The notes under the pieces were generated by a model. It ran no database searches. It was given only the letters and a program-made list of their open reading frames with translations, and was not told where the DNA came from. Below are positions 32,462-42,751 of a stretch of DNA of 64,000 nucleotides, piece after piece. Numbering within the stretch: position 1 is the first letter of the stretch; each line of letters begins with the position of its first letter. Origin of the DNA: Planctomycetota bacterium (GTDB taxonomy: Bacteria > Planctomycetota > PLA2 > JAEUHO01); contig CBDCWP010000013.1 of NCBI GenBank assembly GCA_965223505.1, forward strand, positions 96,001 to 160,000. The letters run 5' to 3'. The translations under genes were made by a program, and so were the position numbers.

Positions 32462-32804
32462 GGGCGCGCCTCATGCGTGATCAGACTGGGCGTCAGGAAT
32501 GGAATCTATGTCAGTCCAAACCCTAATTTACGGGTTCCTCCTTTTATGGGGGGACCTTCTCTGCAACTCACTGCTGCTCATAACACCTTGGGATGCTTGT
32601 CTTATTATGGCCCCAAAAGCCGCACCCGCTTAAAAGTCTATACGTTTCATGAGCCATACTTTGATCAACTAGCAGGCTGGACTGTCCAACCTCTACCTCG
32701 CTATGGAGTCAAAAAGGTGGTGTCCCTTGGGACCGCATAGGTGATTGACCCCATGAGAAAGTATGGCAAAATAAAGTATCCCATTGAGATATACCTTTTA
32801 TAAT

Positions 32805-33107
32805 TTATAGCAAACTTTTTGCGCCCTTTAACGTCAAAAAATAAATTGGCCCAGCACCTTGAGCTTTTAACAAACCATCTTCTTCCAGCTCCAAGGCTAT
32901 ATTCATACTGCTAAGATCATCTATATTGCACTGACGCCCGATTTCGTAGATATCGATATTCAGAATTCGTGAATTTCTCGACTTAATAAAGCATTTCAAG
33001 AATTCTGCATGTTTTGGCGTCTTATAGTATCTATTTATCCTGACATACTTCATGCAATATAAGTATATAGCATAAAAGCATGACGACATGATATACAGTA
33101 TTAACAT
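32805..33107 (-). CDS. Hypothetical protein in an AT-rich patch
   Basis: 100-aa ORF with hydrophobic N-terminus and wHTH-like C-terminus (LEEDGLL...YFLTLKG); very AT-rich relative to the window. Confidence 0.4.
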   Translation of the reverse strand: MLILYIMSSCFYAIYLYCMKYVRINRYYKTPKHAEFLKCFIKSRNSRILNIDIYEIGRQCNIDDLSSMNIALELEEDGLLKAQGAGPIYFLTLKGAKSLL

Positions 33108-33193
33108 TTCTACACCTCTTTATTATACATTAACGACATGAAAATACATATCGTTTTTCATATATGATGTTTCCAATTATTCAGCCTCTTAGA

Positions 33194-33520
33194 TTATTTG
33201 ATTTCGATCTGATTGATAACCTCTTTAACGCCTGCAGTCTGTTTCGCCACATCGCTTGCCAGTTGGCGCTGTGACGCCGTTTCGACAAAGCCGTTCAATT
33301 GTATACGACCATTTGACGCCTCCACTTCGATGGCTGCAGCGCTCAACTTGGAAGTCTCGATGAGAGCTGCCTTAACCCTCATGGCCATGAGAATATCTTC
33401 TTGCGGCTTTTCTTCGACGCCTTCCATATCACTGAATAGACGAGCGCAGCCATTCAACGTGACGACAATCATTACTAAGGCGGCGCATAACAAAAATAGA
33501 TGTCGAGTATGCATCATCAT
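33194..33520 (-). CDS. BON-domain lipoprotein (OsmY-like)
   Basis: Lipobox LNGC; VKAALI...IEVEASNGRIQLNGFV...GVKEVINQI. Confidence 0.88.
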   Translation of the reverse strand: MMMHTRHLFLLCAALVMIVVTLNGCARLFSDMEGVEEKPQEDILMAMRVKAALIETSKLSAAAIEVEASNGRIQLNGFVETASQRQLASDVAKQTAGVKEVINQIEIK

Positions 33521-33527
33521 ACTTCTC

Positions 33528-36500
33528 TTAGCGTCCCTTGTTGATTGCAGCCATAAAATCAGAGCAATAGCGATTCTTGCTCTGATCCTTTGATGTGTCG
33601 GACTCCTCTGGATTGAGGAGTGGAATTAAGGCCGCGAGGGGGGCGACAGGCAACATCGCCAGTGAGGCAGCGCCGCGAATGAGAGCCGATGCTCCAGGAC
33701 GTATTCTGGGTTCGGCAAAGGTTCCTTGTATATGCAAAGGGGCGCGAGCGGAAAACAAACTCAAGTCCTTGGGTTTAGGATCGATGATCAGATCCATGCC
33801 TTCTTGAGTAAAATCGATGGCGCCATCACCCAGAAACAGGGTGTCGTCCGTATCGACCACAAACGTTTTCAGCTGTGCGACCCCTTGTTTGGCGTGTATA
33901 TCTGCAAAGGCGCAGTTGATGGCGAACTTTTCCTCTTGATCACCAAACAAGGCTGCCAGCGTCTCGCCGAGATCAAGGCCGGCAAGCTCGACCAGCAAAT
34001 CGTCGAAGCGGCCACCCGTCATCAGGAGTAAGAGGCCGCCATCTGCGGAAGCAAGCATGTCGGCGACAGAGTCGCCTTGGAGCCACATTTTGGCCTGTCC
34101 CCCAATGATGCCGGCGCTCTCGTCGGCGATGTCGAAATGGGCGACGATGTCCTTAAGGCTGACATGTCTGATCTCCACGTCGATATTCGCCTTAGGCGGT
34201 TGCGTTCGCGTGTCGAGTTCGATGCGCGAGCGCACCTTGCCGCTGGCAACGCCAAAGTCGAGAGGCTTAAGCGTCAGGCGACCTGCCTCAATGGTGATCT
34301 CGGTCGTGAGATTGTCCAGGGGCAAAACCGTTTTGATATGCTGGCTGCGCAGCTTGATGGCGGCGTCAAGGCGGCGCAGATTGTCGAAATTGATGGGCTT
34401 CTTGGGCAACACGGTGGGGCTGGCGTCTTCCTCGACTTGTTCGCGCTTTTGTTCAGCCGACGCCGTTTCGCCTCCTTCAGCCTCAGGCGCCTTACCGATG
34501 AGCGGGGCGAGATCGTCGAAATCAAGGCGGCGCGAATCCAGCTCCGCCTGCGCAAAAGGCCGCTCGCCGCCCAGCTTAATCCTCATGTCGCCCGACAGCT
34601 CGCTATCGCCCACCTGCCCTGTAAAATTCGACAACGTCCACATCTGCTCTTGATTGACGAGTTGCCCTCGTAACTTGTAGGGCGGTAAGGGAGGCAACGG
34701 CAATCCAAGCAGCGGAGATAGGCGTTTCGGATTGGGGCCGGCCATCGTGAGATGCATGTCCACGCGCGGCAGCGTCAGTGGATTGAATACCCGGCCCTTG
34801 GCGTGCGCCTCAGTCTGCGCGACGGTGATCGAAGCGTCCAATGCATAGGGCTTGTCCGTGTCGCGCAAGTTAAGCAGGGGATCGCCTTGAAAACGTAATG
34901 TAAAAGGTTCTTGTTGGTATGTCCCCTGAGCGTCAATGCGCACCGCCTGAGACTGGTTGTCCAGATTTGTCATCTCAATGCTGGCCTCAACATCGATATG
35001 GCGCGCTTGATCTCTATAAGCTAGCCGGCTTTTCTTGATGGCCAAACGACCTAGAAACGGCATGGCGATGTCAGGCGCAGCTTGCGTGTGGTCGACGCCA
35101 GTCGCCACCAGATTGAGGTCGCCGCTCAATACGCCAAAGGGATGATTTGTCTCAACAAACGGTTGCAGAACCTTCCCTAGGTCCAAACGTTTAATACGAC
35201 TTCGAACCGCGCCACGCCAGGGCTGATCCGTCGCGCCTGGCGCCAGCTCAGCCTGCATCTGAAGATCGACTCCGTCAGACAATACGGTCATTTGCTCGAC
35301 GTTCCAGGCATCCGATGCGCGCCGAAAAGTTCCCTTGAGTTGATAGTCAGAGAGGGGCGGCAGCCATGCCCCCAGGAGAGGCTTAAGAGTGGTTAGATCT
35401 TCCCCTTGAATATCCACCTGCGTCGCCAGGGATGGGTCGTCCAGGTTCGCGTGTAGCTGAATCTGGGCGCCCTGGAGCGCCACATCGGCTGACACCGTAT
35501 AATTGGACTCTGGATCAGGGACGAGGCGCGACAGCGAATCGGCTTCAGCATGAATGTCAATCTTCTCGCCTCGGTAGCGCCCCTGTCCTGTGATCTTGAT
35601 TACGGACTTGCCATTGGTGTGTTCCGGACGGATTGCCACCTCGATGTCCGCCTCTGCGGTAGGATCGCGATAGCGCAACTCGCTGCTTTCGACATGAAGG
35701 CGTCGCAGCAGTGATGAGGGCGTCAGGGGCGTTGCAGGAGCGTCGGTTGAGGCCAGAGCCAGGTTGAGCCTGCCGTCCAGCGCCCCGGCTTTCCCAATGC
35801 CCATCCCCAACAGGGTGAGCATTCGATCAACGCCCGCTTGCTCGAATTCCACCTTGAGTTCCCCTTGAATAGGGCCCGAACTCGCATCAAGCGTCGCCTG
35901 CGCTCGCATAACGCCATCGCCAATAGCGAGTCGTAAGGGGGCGATGCGCAACTGACCCGATTGAAGCGTCGCCTCGACCGCGATCTCATTGAGCGTCCCC
36001 GCTTGCAGAACAAGGCTCTGGATCTGCCATGAGACATTTGCGTCGAACGCGCGCAGCAGTTGCGTATCAAGAGGGGTCTCGGCCTCGCGCGAATGCGCAT
36101 CCAGGGCGGCATTCGTGCTGAGCGCGGCCTGTAATTGAGCCGCATGGAGCGTCTGCGACGCGAGGGACGCCTGCAGCATGGGACGCCCGTCTATGATGTC
36201 GAGCGTCGCCTGGCCGGTGAGATAGCTCTGGCCCAGAGACGCCTGGAGCTTCTTGAGGCGCCACTGGTTGTCGAGCCGTGAGAGTTGCGCCTGCACCTGG
36301 TGGGGCGGCAACGCGCCTACTCCTTCGCCCTGCGCCTCGATGGCGAGATCAAGGCCATTGAGCTGCAGCGGTTGCTCAATGGCGCCTTCGATCTTTACCG
36401 TGGTCGACGGCGCCTTGACCTGTATGGCGACGGGGTAAGGTTCGTCATGTTGCCGAAGCTCGAGGGCCGATCCGCTTTGCGCCTGAAAGTGAAGTGGCTT

Positions 36501-37085
36501 TCCCCCAACCGTCCCTTTCCCCTGCAGGTTCAGGGTGTCATGGCCAGCCCGGTCGCGGACGGTCGTTATGGTCGCCGTCATCTCGGTGGCGCTAGATAAA
36601 TCGCGGTAAACCACACGTCCTTCTTCAATCCGCAAGTGTTTGATCGTCGGCAGCTCTAAGCGCTCTTCCGGCGCCGCGGCTTCGTCCTCCGTGACCGGGT
36701 CGGCTCCAAACACCCAGTTGGGCCTACCTGCGGCGGAGATTTCCAAAACCACACGGGGTCGGGTGAGGCGCAATTCCGGAATGACGAGGCGACCTGTAAA
36801 TAGCGCTAGGAGGTCGAGGCGAATTTCGAGCGCCGCCAGTTCCAACATGTGCGCCTCCTGGCTCCAGGAGGCGTTGGCAAAACGTATCTGCTCAGCGCGG
36901 ATGCGAGGCTCTAAGGACCATTCGATATTTAAGTCGCCCGCGATCGCGAGGGAGCGACCGGTCATTTGACTCACCTGGCGCGCAGCGTAATCACGAACTA
37001 CGTTCCAATCAAGCAAAAAAAGCAGTAATACCAACAGAAGCAAGAGTGAGCCCAGCGCAATGCCTAGCCATTTAATCAGAGTCAT
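33528..37085 (-). CDS. AsmA-family protein (YhjG-like), unusually long (about 1185 aa)
   Basis: N-terminal TM + DWN, TGRSLAIAGDL, GRPNW, VGDSELSGD, LDFDDL, INCAFAD, RAPLHIQGTF. Confidence 0.88.
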   Translation of the reverse strand: MTLIKWLGIALGSLLLLLVLLLFLLDWNVVRDYAARQVSQMTGRSLAIAGDLNIEWSLEPRIRAEQIRFANASWSQEAHMLELAALEIRLDLLALFTGRLVIPELRLTRPRVVLEISAAGRPNWVFGADPVTEDEAAAPEERLELPTIKHLRIEEGRVVYRDLSSATEMTATITTVRDRAGHDTLNLQGKGTVGGKPLHFQAQSGSALELRQHDEPYPVAIQVKAPSTTVKIEGAIEQPLQLNGLDLAIEAQGEGVGALPPHQVQAQLSRLDNQWRLKKLQASLGQSYLTGQATLDIIDGRPMLQASLASQTLHAAQLQAALSTNAALDAHSREAETPLDTQLLRAFDANVSWQIQSLVLQAGTLNEIAVEATLQSGQLRIAPLRLAIGDGVMRAQATLDASSGPIQGELKVEFEQAGVDRMLTLLGMGIGKAGALDGRLNLALASTDAPATPLTPSSLLRRLHVESSELRYRDPTAEADIEVAIRPEHTNGKSVIKITGQGRYRGEKIDIHAEADSLSRLVPDPESNYTVSADVALQGAQIQLHANLDDPSLATQVDIQGEDLTTLKPLLGAWLPPLSDYQLKGTFRRASDAWNVEQMTVLSDGVDLQMQAELAPGATDQPWRGAVRSRIKRLDLGKVLQPFVETNHPFGVLSGDLNLVATGVDHTQAAPDIAMPFLGRLAIKKSRLAYRDQARHIDVEASIEMTNLDNQSQAVRIDAQGTYQQEPFTLRFQGDPLLNLRDTDKPYALDASITVAQTEAHAKGRVFNPLTLPRVDMHLTMAGPNPKRLSPLLGLPLPPLPPYKLRGQLVNQEQMWTLSNFTGQVGDSELSGDMRIKLGGERPFAQAELDSRRLDFDDLAPLIGKAPEAEGGETASAEQKREQVEEDASPTVLPKKPINFDNLRRLDAAIKLRSQHIKTVLPLDNLTTEITIEAGRLTLKPLDFGVASGKVRSRIELDTRTQPPKANIDVEIRHVSLKDIVAHFDIADESAGIIGGQAKMWLQGDSVADMLASADGGLLLLMTGGRFDDLLVELAGLDLGETLAALFGDQEEKFAINCAFADIHAKQGVAQLKTFVVDTDDTLFLGDGAIDFTQEGMDLIIDPKPKDLSLFSARAPLHIQGTFAEPRIRPGASALIRGAASLAMLPVAPLAALIPLLNPEESDTSKDQSKNRYCSDFMAAINKGR

Positions 37086-37210
37086 AGACAAATTTCCGCG
37101 AGAATAGAGGGGCTCGGTCTGCACATGATCTACAGAGATCGAAGACAAGGGCGCCGACTCACCGCCAGCTTCGACTTCCTCACGTTACTTTCGTGTTATC
37201 ACATAGCAAT

Positions 37211-37226
37211 AGCAATTTTTATGCCT
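37211..37226 (-). promoter_or_regulatory. sigma54 -24/-12 promoter (asmA-BON)
   Basis: AGGCATAAAAATTGCT on the minus strand. Confidence 0.75.
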
Positions 37227-37280
37227 AACCCTAATAAAACGATGGAATACGAAAATGAAGATCTTGAGCAGTTTAAATAC

Positions 37281-37314
37281 GCTCAAAACGAGATAGACTC
37301 CTCTCATTTTGAGA
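37281..37314. promoter_or_regulatory. Tandem palindrome pair, putative bEBP enhancer (UAS)
   Basis: GCTCAAAACGAGA (37281) + TCTCATTTTGAGA (37302), 21-bp spacing. Confidence 0.7.
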
Positions 37315-37477
37315 GGAGTACTTCGGTTGAAAGCTCGACGTATGTCCTCCTCTCTCTCGAGATTAAAAAAGCTTAAGAGAAAGCGGCGCGCCTGTGGGAT
37401 GTTTCCAACAGACGTTGAGGCCCATCTCGCCCGCGCATTAGCCGGGGGCATTAATATACATGGGGATCTCGGCGTTT

Positions 37478-37493
37478 TGGCATGTTCTTTGCC
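37478..37493 (+). promoter_or_regulatory. sigma54 -24/-12 promoter (AI-2E)
   Basis: TGGCATGTTCTTTGCC. Confidence 0.75.
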
Positions 37494-37578
37494 TCGCAGC
37501 ACAGCCAAACGGCGCCATTGACGCCCATCATCACACAAGGGGCGCCTGAAGCTCCCCAGTACGCTTCGGAGGGAAAAG

Positions 37579-38673
37579 ATGCCCGACTTGTTCACCCAGG
37601 GGCTCCTACGGCTCGCCTCGATTTTCATTATTCTATGGGGCATCCGAGCTGCTCAGCCCATCGCCGCGCCTCTCATCTTTGCATTATTCTTGATGGGTGT
37701 TTGTTGGCCCCTCTATCGATGGGTTCAGCGTCTGGCGCCGCGAGTTGTGGCTGCGGCGATTGCCCTGCTCGTCTGTTTGATCGCGCTTGGAGGGATCGGC
37801 GGCGGTCTGTACTACAGCGGCGTTCAGATCGCGGGCGATTCCCAAAAGATGGCGCAACTGATCTCTTTGGAGGCCCTGCAACTGCGCTCCTTGGCCGAGG
37901 GGCTGGGGGTGCCGATTCCGCCCCCAGAGAAGGCCGCGTCTGCCGTCGGGACTTTTCTCAAGTACCTATCCTCGCAGGCGCTTTCAGCCAGCACAGGGCT
38001 TTTTCTGGCGCTCACTTTTTTGATGTTGGGTTTGCTCGAAGCGCCAGCCTTTCGCACGAAGCTCGTCGGCAATCGCGCCGATAGCGCTCTGCTTCACAGT
38101 CTGTCGGAAATCGCTTCAGATTTTCAGCGATATATCGCCGCCCGCACGTTTTTGGGGTTGTTGACCGGCCTCCTGAGCGGGCTCGGGGCCTGGGCCATTG
38201 GTCTCGACTATCCTTTTATCTGGGGTCTGACGAATTTTCTCCTCAACTATTTTCCAACCATTGGCTCGATTCTTGGCGTCATCCCATCCACGCTGTATGC
38301 GCTGGCCCAATCAGATGGCGGCGCAGGGTTGGCCCTGGCCGCGCTCGGCGTCATCGGCGGCGTCCAGCTCATCATGGGAAATTACATCGACCCGCTCGTG
38401 CAAGGGCGCGTCTTGTCGCTATCGCCTCTCATTGTGCTGTTATCAGTGGCGTTTTGGGGGTGGATGTGGGGTGTGGCGGGCGCGTTTATCGGCGTGCCGA
38501 TCACGATTGCGATCGTTTTGATCTGTCGACGTTTTGCGTCCACCCGGTGGATTGCCACGCTTCTGGCTGGGACCAACGATGACAACGCCACTCCGATTGT
38601 TTGCGATCTGCGCGTCACAAGGCGACAGCAAGAGGGCGATGTCCCGACATCAACAACGCTCGGCAATAAATAG
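37579..38673 (+). CDS. AI-2E family transporter
   Basis: LLNYFPTIGS, GNYIDP, LSPLIVLLSVAFWGWMWGVAGAFIGVP. Confidence 0.9.
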   Translation: MPDLFTQGLLRLASIFIILWGIRAAQPIAAPLIFALFLMGVCWPLYRWVQRLAPRVVAAAIALLVCLIALGGIGGGLYYSGVQIAGDSQKMAQLISLEALQLRSLAEGLGVPIPPPEKAASAVGTFLKYLSSQALSASTGLFLALTFLMLGLLEAPAFRTKLVGNRADSALLHSLSEIASDFQRYIAARTFLGLLTGLLSGLGAWAIGLDYPFIWGLTNFLLNYFPTIGSILGVIPSTLYALAQSDGGAGLALAALGVIGGVQLIMGNYIDPLVQGRVLSLSPLIVLLSVAFWGWMWGVAGAFIGVPITIAIVLICRRFASTRWIATLLAGTNDDNATPIVCDLRVTRRQQEGDVPTSTTLGNK

Positions 38674-40266
38674 AGAGGCGCAAGGCGAAGATGGGCCTTG
38701 GTGATAAACCAAGACAGCGTCCTCGATGTCCCGGTCAGCGACTGTAAACCGGTCGCGCTGTCTCAAGTATTCGCCCCAGGTTTCCACGATAAACGATTCG
38801 AGATAACGGCCAGTTTCAGCCGCATCAGCAAAAACGCCCCAGCGCAGGGCGCCGTCCCGGCGGCGTATCCTGCCGAGCTGACGGATGGCAAGAAAAAAAG
38901 CCTCACATTGATCTGGGTCAATCTGATAGTCGATGGTGACCAAAACCGGGCCTTTTTCATCATCGGGCTCTTCCTCTATGTCCGGCGTAGGCCAATGTCG
39001 GGAGGGGCTCGTGTCATAGTCGCTGCTGGTGACGAGTGGACAACGATGCGTCGCAGCCAGAGCAACCAGCGCGCCGCCCGCTGCGACCCACAGGGTTGCC
39101 CCAATGCCGATCCGGTCGGCCACCGCCCCCCAGAGGGCGCTGCCGCCGGCCATGCCCCCAAAAAACACGAGGATATAGGCGGCCAGGGCGCGGCCTCGCA
39201 CCCAGGTGGGCAAGGCCGCTTGGGCGCTGGCGCTGAACGACGTAAGCAAGATGAGCCAGGCGCTTCCGCCTAACAGCATGATCAGACAAAACAGGACTGA
39301 CGCCTTGACCAGCCCAGCGAGCGCGAGAACGAGGGCGAAGATCATGGTCGCTGTTGCAACGAGATGTTCCCGCGTGAAATGGGGTTGTAAACGCGGCAGG
39401 ACGAATGTGCTGAGGGACGCGCCAAGACCAAAGCAACCGAGCACGAGTCCATAGCCAGATGCGCCTTGCCCCAGGTGTTCGCGCACAACGAGCGGCAGCA
39501 TTGCCCAGAGGGCGCTGCCGCAGAGCATGAAGGCGCCGGCGCGCGCCATGACAGACCACATAGCCGGGGCGTGCCAAACGTAGCGGAGCCCAGCTTGCAT
39601 CGCGCCCCAAAAGTGTTCTGCCGGCAAGCGCGTTCGGCGTTGGGAACGCCGCCAGGTATAGAACACAACGATGACGCCCAAAAACGAGACGGCATTAAGT
39701 AGGAAGAGAACAGCCGGCCCCAATGCGGCCATGAGAAATCCGCCCAAAACGGGACCGAGCGCCCGCGCGACATTGACCGACGCCGTTTTGAGAGAAATGG
39801 CCCCTGACAGGTCTTCGCGCGGCACGAGTTCCGCCGTAACGGCGCGGCGAGCAGGCGAGTTGAAGGCCAGCCCAAGGCTCATCACCCCCGTTAAGCTCAG
39901 CAAGAGCCACGGGGTCATCACGCCGAGCCATACGGCGACGCCATAGCCCAGAGCGGTGAGACAGACCCAACTTTGCGTGATTAAGAGCAAGCGGCGTCGA
40001 TCGATCACGTCGGCCAACACGCCGGCCGGCAGCGCAAAGAGCACCATGGGGAGACTGGTCGCCACTTGCACCAGCGCCACCATGACAGGAGAAGGGGACA
40101 ACGTGGTCATCAGCCACGCCCCGCCGACGTCCTGCATCCAATTGCCAATATTGGATATGAAGGTTGCAATCCACAGCCACCGAAATACGGCGTGGCGCAG
40201 CGGACGCCAGGCGCTTGCCTGACGCTGCTCGTCTCCCTCGCCATGAGGCTTCGAACACGGCGCCAT
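38650..40266 (-). CDS. MFS transporter (MFS_3/transmembrane secretion effector) with C-terminal soluble domain
   Basis: FRWLWIATFISNIGNWMQ, GVLADVIDRRR, GPVLVTIDY, RRRDGALRWG; GGAGG RBS. Confidence 0.9.
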   Translation of the reverse strand: MAPCSKPHGEGDEQRQASAWRPLRHAVFRWLWIATFISNIGNWMQDVGGAWLMTTLSPSPVMVALVQVATSLPMVLFALPAGVLADVIDRRRLLLITQSWVCLTALGYGVAVWLGVMTPWLLLSLTGVMSLGLAFNSPARRAVTAELVPREDLSGAISLKTASVNVARALGPVLGGFLMAALGPAVLFLLNAVSFLGVIVVFYTWRRSQRRTRLPAEHFWGAMQAGLRYVWHAPAMWSVMARAGAFMLCGSALWAMLPLVVREHLGQGASGYGLVLGCFGLGASLSTFVLPRLQPHFTREHLVATATMIFALVLALAGLVKASVLFCLIMLLGGSAWLILLTSFSASAQAALPTWVRGRALAAYILVFFGGMAGGSALWGAVADRIGIGATLWVAAGGALVALAATHRCPLVTSSDYDTSPSRHWPTPDIEEEPDDEKGPVLVTIDYQIDPDQCEAFFLAIRQLGRIRRRDGALRWGVFADAAETGRYLESFIVETWGEYLRQRDRFTVADRDIEDAVLVYHQGPSSPCASLFIAERC

Positions 40267-40354
40267 GATTTCCTCCTTTGCAAGACTCCAGTAGCCAAGG
40301 GGAGCTATCCCATTTTGAGACAAGCCGCTCGTTACATGCCTGAGGCGGACCGGA

Positions 40355-40900
40355 ATGGCAGACCATTGGCGGGTGATTCACTTGCCGGAAACGCTGGTGC
40401 GGCTGTTGGGCCATGTCGCGAATTGGCATGAGGATTTTGCGGATCGTTGGTCCACCGGCGAGCATCGACGGGATCGCGACCAGTTTCTGGGCTGGATCGC
40501 CGAGCACCAACGGCGATACCCAATGCAACGCGTCGTGCTCTTAGGAGGCGACATCCATATCGGCTGTGTCCACGAGATCCGCTGGGCGCGGCAGGGACCT
40601 AAACTCTATCAGTTAATCTCAAGCGGCATTACGAACGATACGGGCGCGCTGACGCAATACCTCTCCACACTTATCATCCGCTTGAATCATGAGGCGAGCA
40701 CAGCCGATGGAGCGCTACGCGCCAAGGTGCGCTTGCTCAAAGGCGCGGGCCGACAACGCAGGAATCCCTATGGCGGCTTGAATGTCGGCGTCCTTGAAAT
40801 TGAGACCCCGACATCGGGAGACGCGCCAAACCTGCGCTTTTACCTTTACAGACACCGCGGAGAGGAGCCCGTCTGTGTCTACCGCTCAGTGCTGGTTTAA
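40355..40900 (+). pseudogene. C-terminal fragment of a PhoD-like metallophosphatase
   Basis: DFADRW, VVLLGGDIHIG, YQLISSGI, N.GVLEI motifs; N-terminal part and RBS absent. Confidence 0.6.
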
Positions 40901-40906
40901 CCATGA

Positions 40907-41268
40907 TCAGGAGAGTGACTCTGGCGCGCCATTGGGCTCCGGCTCTTCGGGTTGAGCCAAGATGGCGTTGGTGACCGCGCTGATCGCCACACTCCGTATC
41001 GCACCGAATAGACTGGTCTGCACGAAAGACAACAGAGGCGATTTCGAACTCGGCTGATCGGTTGTCTTTCGGGACGGTAATAGGCCTGACGCCATGAACC
41101 CGGCTAGGACGCCGGCGCCCACTGATGGCCAAGGATGCGCCTGTGTCCACGCCTGCACGTCGGCGGCCGTTTTCGCCGTCTCACGCATCTCGGCAAAGGT
41201 CTGCTGCATAGCTTGCTTTGCCTCCTCGGCTTGTCGCCGTAAGAACGCGGCTTCATCGCGCTCGTCAT
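40907..41268 (-). CDS. DUF883/DUF3618-like membrane-anchored stress protein (start uncertain)
   Basis: Helical region then WTQAHPWPSVGAGVLAGF; an ATGA overlap at 41268 is one base out of frame. Confidence 0.55.
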
Positions 41269-41753
41269 GCCTCTGTATGGTTAGCGCGGCCGGCGGCGCT
41301 GCGCCCAAATTGTAAGTGCTGTTGTTGCTGTCGTTCGGCATAATCTTGAACTCTCTGGGCATGGGCTCGCCCCTGAATACGGGATTTGCCGATAAGCACC
41401 GCAATCCCAAACAAGATGAGGAGTCCGAGCCCTACGATAAGTTGACCTAACCACAAGACCCCGCCAACAGCCGCGCCCACGCCTGAGGACAATCCGGTCA
41501 AAAAGAGAATCACCGCCATGACAAGGGCGCTCACAGCGGCGATGGCGCCTAGAATGCCAACGACCGCCCATAGGGCGGCTTGACGTCCGGACATCTTGAG
41601 AAGATCGAGTTGGGCCCGGATATAATGTGAAAAATAGGCGTACAGTTCGACGCCTTGCTGTAACAGGGTATGCAAGGCTTCTTGCGCCTCTGAAGCGGCG
41701 GTGTTAGGCGCTTCCGCCTCAGAGGACATTGTGGGATCTGCGTGCTCGCTCAT
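41265..41753 (-). CDS. Phage-holin-like (YqjE-type) membrane protein
   Basis: Two long TM helices after IRAQLDLLK; sits in a YqjD/E/K-like gene order. Confidence 0.65.
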   Translation of the reverse strand: MSEHADPTMSSEAEAPNTAASEAQEALHTLLQQGVELYAYFSHYIRAQLDLLKMSGRQAALWAVVGILGAIAAVSALVMAVILFLTGLSSGVGAAVGGVLWLGQLIVGLGLLILFGIAVLIGKSRIQGRAHAQRVQDYAERQQQQHLQFGRSAAGRANHTEA

Positions 41754-41810
41754 ATCTGACTCATTGCGTTAGTTGGTCGCTCTGGCATCGCCGCCAGCGG
41801 GCGTCTTCAA

Positions 41811-41841
41811 GCCTGAAAGCGCTCCAACAACGCTTTCAGGC
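41811..41841 (-). terminator. Hairpin downstream of BON gene
   Basis: gcctgaaagcg / cgctttcaggc. Confidence 0.55.
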
Positions 41842-41858
41842 CGATGGCGACCCAACGG

Positions 41859-42173
41859 CTACTTGACAATCAGGTTGTTTTTGACCTCTTGAACGCCTCG
41901 CACACTCCGCGCAATTTGTTCCGCTTTCTTAGCCTGAGCCATGGTGTCGACGAAACCGCCGAGTTGCACCGTACCCTTAAAGGTCTCAACTTCAACCTGC
42001 AAACCCTTGACCTCCTCGTCTGCTAGCAGCGCCGTTTTGACCTTTGACGCAATGACGCCGTCATCAATCATTTCTCCAGCGCTTTTTTGAGTTCGAGTCC
42101 CAGCGCAACCCAGCATCGTCGCGACGATGCTGACCAAGAGCGCGAGCATAATAGAAGAGATTACTTTCCGCAT
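41859..42173 (-). CDS. BON-domain lipoprotein (OsmY-like)
   Basis: LGC lipobox, SAGEMIDDGVIASKVKTALL, VETFKGTVQLGGFVD, VRGVQEVKNNL. Confidence 0.92.
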   Translation of the reverse strand: MRKVISSIMLALLVSIVATMLGCAGTRTQKSAGEMIDDGVIASKVKTALLADEEVKGLQVEVETFKGTVQLGGFVDTMAQAKKAEQIARSVRGVQEVKNNLIVK

Positions 42174-42283
42174 ACTTTATATCCTCCAAGCTAGCCAGTC
42201 AGTTAGTCTTGATACAAACGGCGCCGCCATTTGACATGGTCATCAACAATTCTGTCGAGGCCGAGCGCCAACGCCCGCATACA

Positions 42284-42610
42284 TTATCGACGGCACAGAA
42301 TGCCTAATAACAGCCCAATGCCGCCTGCGATCAGAAGGGATTGAATCGGCTTTTCACGAATTTGCCGCTCTAGCTGGCGCTCCCAATCAGCCGCTTGCTG
42401 GCGGCCTTGCTGATAATACTCAGAAGCAATGGCTTTACCTTGCTCGCCAAGGTGTTGCGCTTTTTCCGCAATATCTTCCCCAACTTGTTGAACTTTTTGG
42501 GCCACCTCTCTCCCGGCCTCCTGCGCCTGATCGCGCAGATGACCTATAGAATCTGGAGATGATGCCATTGTCGTCTCTTGAGGCGTCTCAGGATTGTACG
42601 GCGTTGTCAT
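42284..42610 (-). CDS. YqjD/ElaB (DUF883) family protein
   Basis: Amphipathic helices and C-terminal IREKPIQSLLIAGGIGLLLGILCRR. Confidence 0.85.
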   Translation of the reverse strand: MTTPYNPETPQETTMASSPDSIGHLRDQAQEAGREVAQKVQQVGEDIAEKAQHLGEQGKAIASEYYQQGRQQAADWERQLERQIREKPIQSLLIAGGIGLLLGILCRR

Positions 42611-42627
42611 TGATATTCCTTTCACAT

Positions 42628-42680
42628 AAAAAAGATCTAGATGTCGGATTCTGGCAAGGGCCGTGAGCCGACATCTAGAT
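42628..42680 (-). terminator. Intrinsic terminator-like hairpin
   Basis: atctagatgtcgg / ccgacatctagat 13-bp stem followed on the minus strand by a T-tract. Confidence 0.65.
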
Positions 42681-42751
42681 TCTTAGATAGACAATGTCCC
42701 TAAGCCGATTTAGCCATCACATCGCGTGCGCGCCGAACGCAAGTCTAGCAG

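Noticed and set aside
32477..32740. 87-aa ORF at the AT-rich junction
   Set aside because: No RBS, motif or coding-like codon bias.
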